A stretch of 63,305 nucleotides of DNA, the filler included, from Folioceros fuciformis (Eukaryota), in assembly GCA_049999805.1 (NCBI GenBank). It is 13 parts of 13 records of this genome, joined end to end, with 100 filler letters (N's around TTAATTAATTAA, not from the genome) between each part and the next. Parts side by side here need not be neighbours in the genome. Positions count along the whole stretch, not along the records: positions 61,377 to 63,305 come from JBNGIO010004719.1; 12 more parts are not named here. One strand, written 5' to 3'. Below the pieces are notes generated by a model. It was given only the letters and a program-made list of their open reading frames with translations. It ran no database searches and was not told where the DNA came from. A program made the translations under genes and the position numbers. This document shows positions 61,277 through 63,305 of the stretch, piece by piece. The first letter of the stretch is position 1. Every line of letters begins with the position of its first letter.

Positions 61277-62222
61277 NNNNNNNNNNNNNNNNNNNNNNNN
61301 NNNNNNNNNNNNNNNNNNNNTTAATTAATTAANNNNNNNNNNNNNNNNNNNNNNNNNNNNNNNNNNNNNNNNNNNNTTGTGGCGGCTCGCCTACAGGCCT
61401 GGACAGATTGTCGACAGTTGAATCCTATCCAGGCCGAGCCAGACGCAAGAATTGTAAACAAATGGGGCGCACGGCAATCCAAGCCCAGGCCTACAGGCTA
61501 CAGCCTTTTTACAGGGCCTGCAGGGCTACAGGCGCAAGGGGATAGAGGGAAAGGGAAGCGGGGAGTGGCGGGCCCAGCCGCTGGACACTGCCGTGGCCTG
61601 CGGGCATGACTGGCCTCCTGCTCTGCCACCTCCAGCCTGTGCAGCTCGTGCCCATGTGATCCTCCCGCCCACCCGCGTGCCGGCCCGGGTCGGGCTGTCC
61701 CGCCCCATGGGATCACCTCACACCCGGCCCGGCTCGCTAACCCGGCCCGGTATCTCTCTATGTACAGTACAGCACAGTACTCTACATACTGTATGTATGT
61801 TTGTATGTATGTACACACACATTAGGGTTGGGAGACGCGCCAGAGGCCAGACCCGGGCTCGGGGCTCGGGCAGCCCGCGCTGCCCGAGCCCCGCCCGCGC
61901 CTGCCCCGGTCAAAGGCCGGGTCAAAGTACGACGCACGACTCGGCCGCGTGCGCTGCCCTCTGGCTCGTGCAGTCTGCCACCCAGCCCAGTCTTTATTAC
62001 CCAGCTCCCATGCTCTTGTCTTGAGACCTTGTCGCCGTGCCCATTCCTCTGCCCTCTCTACGACTCTACGTTACATCCCCTCTCTACGTATGTATCTACG
62101 GTCGGTGTACAGTATGCACTTTCTTCTTTTAATAGTAATACGTACTATTAAAACAAATTAAAATATAATATGTAAGAAAGACATAAGTGTGTTCTATGAA
62201 GAGAGAGAAAAAGAAACCCTAA

Positions 62223-62885
62223 ATGGATTACCCTGAGTTCATTTCCAAAGTAGCTGTGCTAGAGCCAGTGAAGGTGGCTGAATCGCTGGAAGGAGGAGGG
62301 ATTGACCCAAAGGCTTTGATAGATGGGAAAAGTATTCACCAATTCACGGTTAAAGATATCCACGGGAGTGATGTGGACTTGAGCACATTCAAAGGAAAAA
62401 TATTACTGGTGGTGAATGTTGCTTCGCAATGTGGGTTAACCCATGCCAATTATGTTGAGCTAGAAGAGTTGTATACAAGGTACAAAGATAAGGGGTTTGA
62501 GATTTTAGCGTTTCCTTGCAACCAGTTTGGTGAACAAGAGCCTGGAACCAATGCACTAATTTTTGAGTTCTGTCTCATGAAGTGTAATGCAAAGTATCCT
62601 TTGTTTGCAAAGATAGACGTTAACGGACCTAACACAGCTCCTGTCTATAATTTTCTGAAAGCAAACAAGAAGGGTATCTTGGGAGAGAACATCAAATGGA
62701 ATTTCACAAAATTTTTGTTAGATCACAATGGCCATGTCATAGATCGTTACTCCTCTTCAACTTCTCCATTTCATATTGAAAAGGATATAAAACAACTTCT
62801 TGAGTTAAATAAGGATTATAAGCTTGTAGAGCCTAGTCCTGCATACCAAGGTACCCAACTTCAAGGCTTCTTTAGTTCAGAGTGA
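62223..62885 (+). CDS. GPX: Plant-type (Cys, thioredoxin-dependent) glutathione peroxidase, intronless
   Basis: [54 protein letters not shown] in a single 220-aa ORF. Confidence 0.95.
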   Translation: MDYPEFISKVAVLEPVKVAESLEGGGIDPKALIDGKSIHQFTVKDIHGSDVDLSTFKGKILLVVNVASQCGLTHANYVELEELYTRYKDKGFEILAFPCNQFGEQEPGTNALIFEFCLMKCNAKYPLFAKIDVNGPNTAPVYNFLKANKKGILGENIKWNFTKFLLDHNGHVIDRYSSSTSPFHIEKDIKQLLELNKDYKLVEPSPAYQGTQLQGFFSSE

Positions 62886-63305
62886 AATTGCATTACCTTA
62901 AAGACAACAATAAGATAATGTTCTTTTTTGCTTTTTCGTTTCAATGGAGCAAGAGCATCAATATCAAAAGTAGTTCACATTTGTATATAAAGGTTATTTG
63001 AGTTTTATGCATAAAGATTCTAATCATCTTGGTGGGGACATTAATGTAATGTATAAATTAAAAATTGTGTTAAGTGGATCTAAAGAATATAATGTGAGAT
63101 GAAGTTCTTGGATGTTGTAATTCTTATCCATGTTGTCATTATACGACTCTTTAATGATGGTTTGAAAATGTATTTTGTTTTTGGTCTATTGAGACTGTGT
63201 ATGTGTTTCTTTTTTTGTGTTGTAAGTTATGATCTTGGAGATTGACATTGGACTTGTCTTACTATGATTGTATGGTTATCATATTTTTTATTTGAAATTT
63301 AAAAT

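Overview
Eukaryotic land-plant genomic DNA, not a contiguous locus. The window is 13 unrelated scaffolds joined by twelve artificial 100-bp linkers (N44-TTAATTAATTAA-N44), plus six 100-N intra-scaffold gaps. Short GT-AG introns, tight gene packing and the gene families present suggest a compact-genome non-seed plant (bryophyte or lycophyte; inference only). Host genes: a GeBP-family factor (5'-truncated), a CRINKLY4-related CCR1/2-type receptor kinase, an intronless proline iminopeptidase, SF3B6/p14, TXNDC17/Clot, an 11-12-exon MAP65, a 7-exon WD40 gene, the 3' end of ATM, an intronless GPX, a BE1/SBEIII-type starch-branching-enzyme pseudogene, and ATL-RING and LRR fragments. The remainder is Ty1/copia, Ty3/gypsy and LINE remnants, LTRs and tandem repeats. 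The strongest candidate for something undescribed is the MAP65 gene: it appears able to make either a short MAP65-1/6-type C-terminus or, by splicing a 281-nt intron, a long MAP65-3/PLEIADE-type tail ending in EYSFEERR. Also notable are a CCR1/2-type kinase that keeps subdomain VIII (with HKD for HRD) and two intact intronless, retrogene-like enzyme genes. No CRISPR arrays or RNA genes were found. All family assignments come from motif recognition, not database searches.
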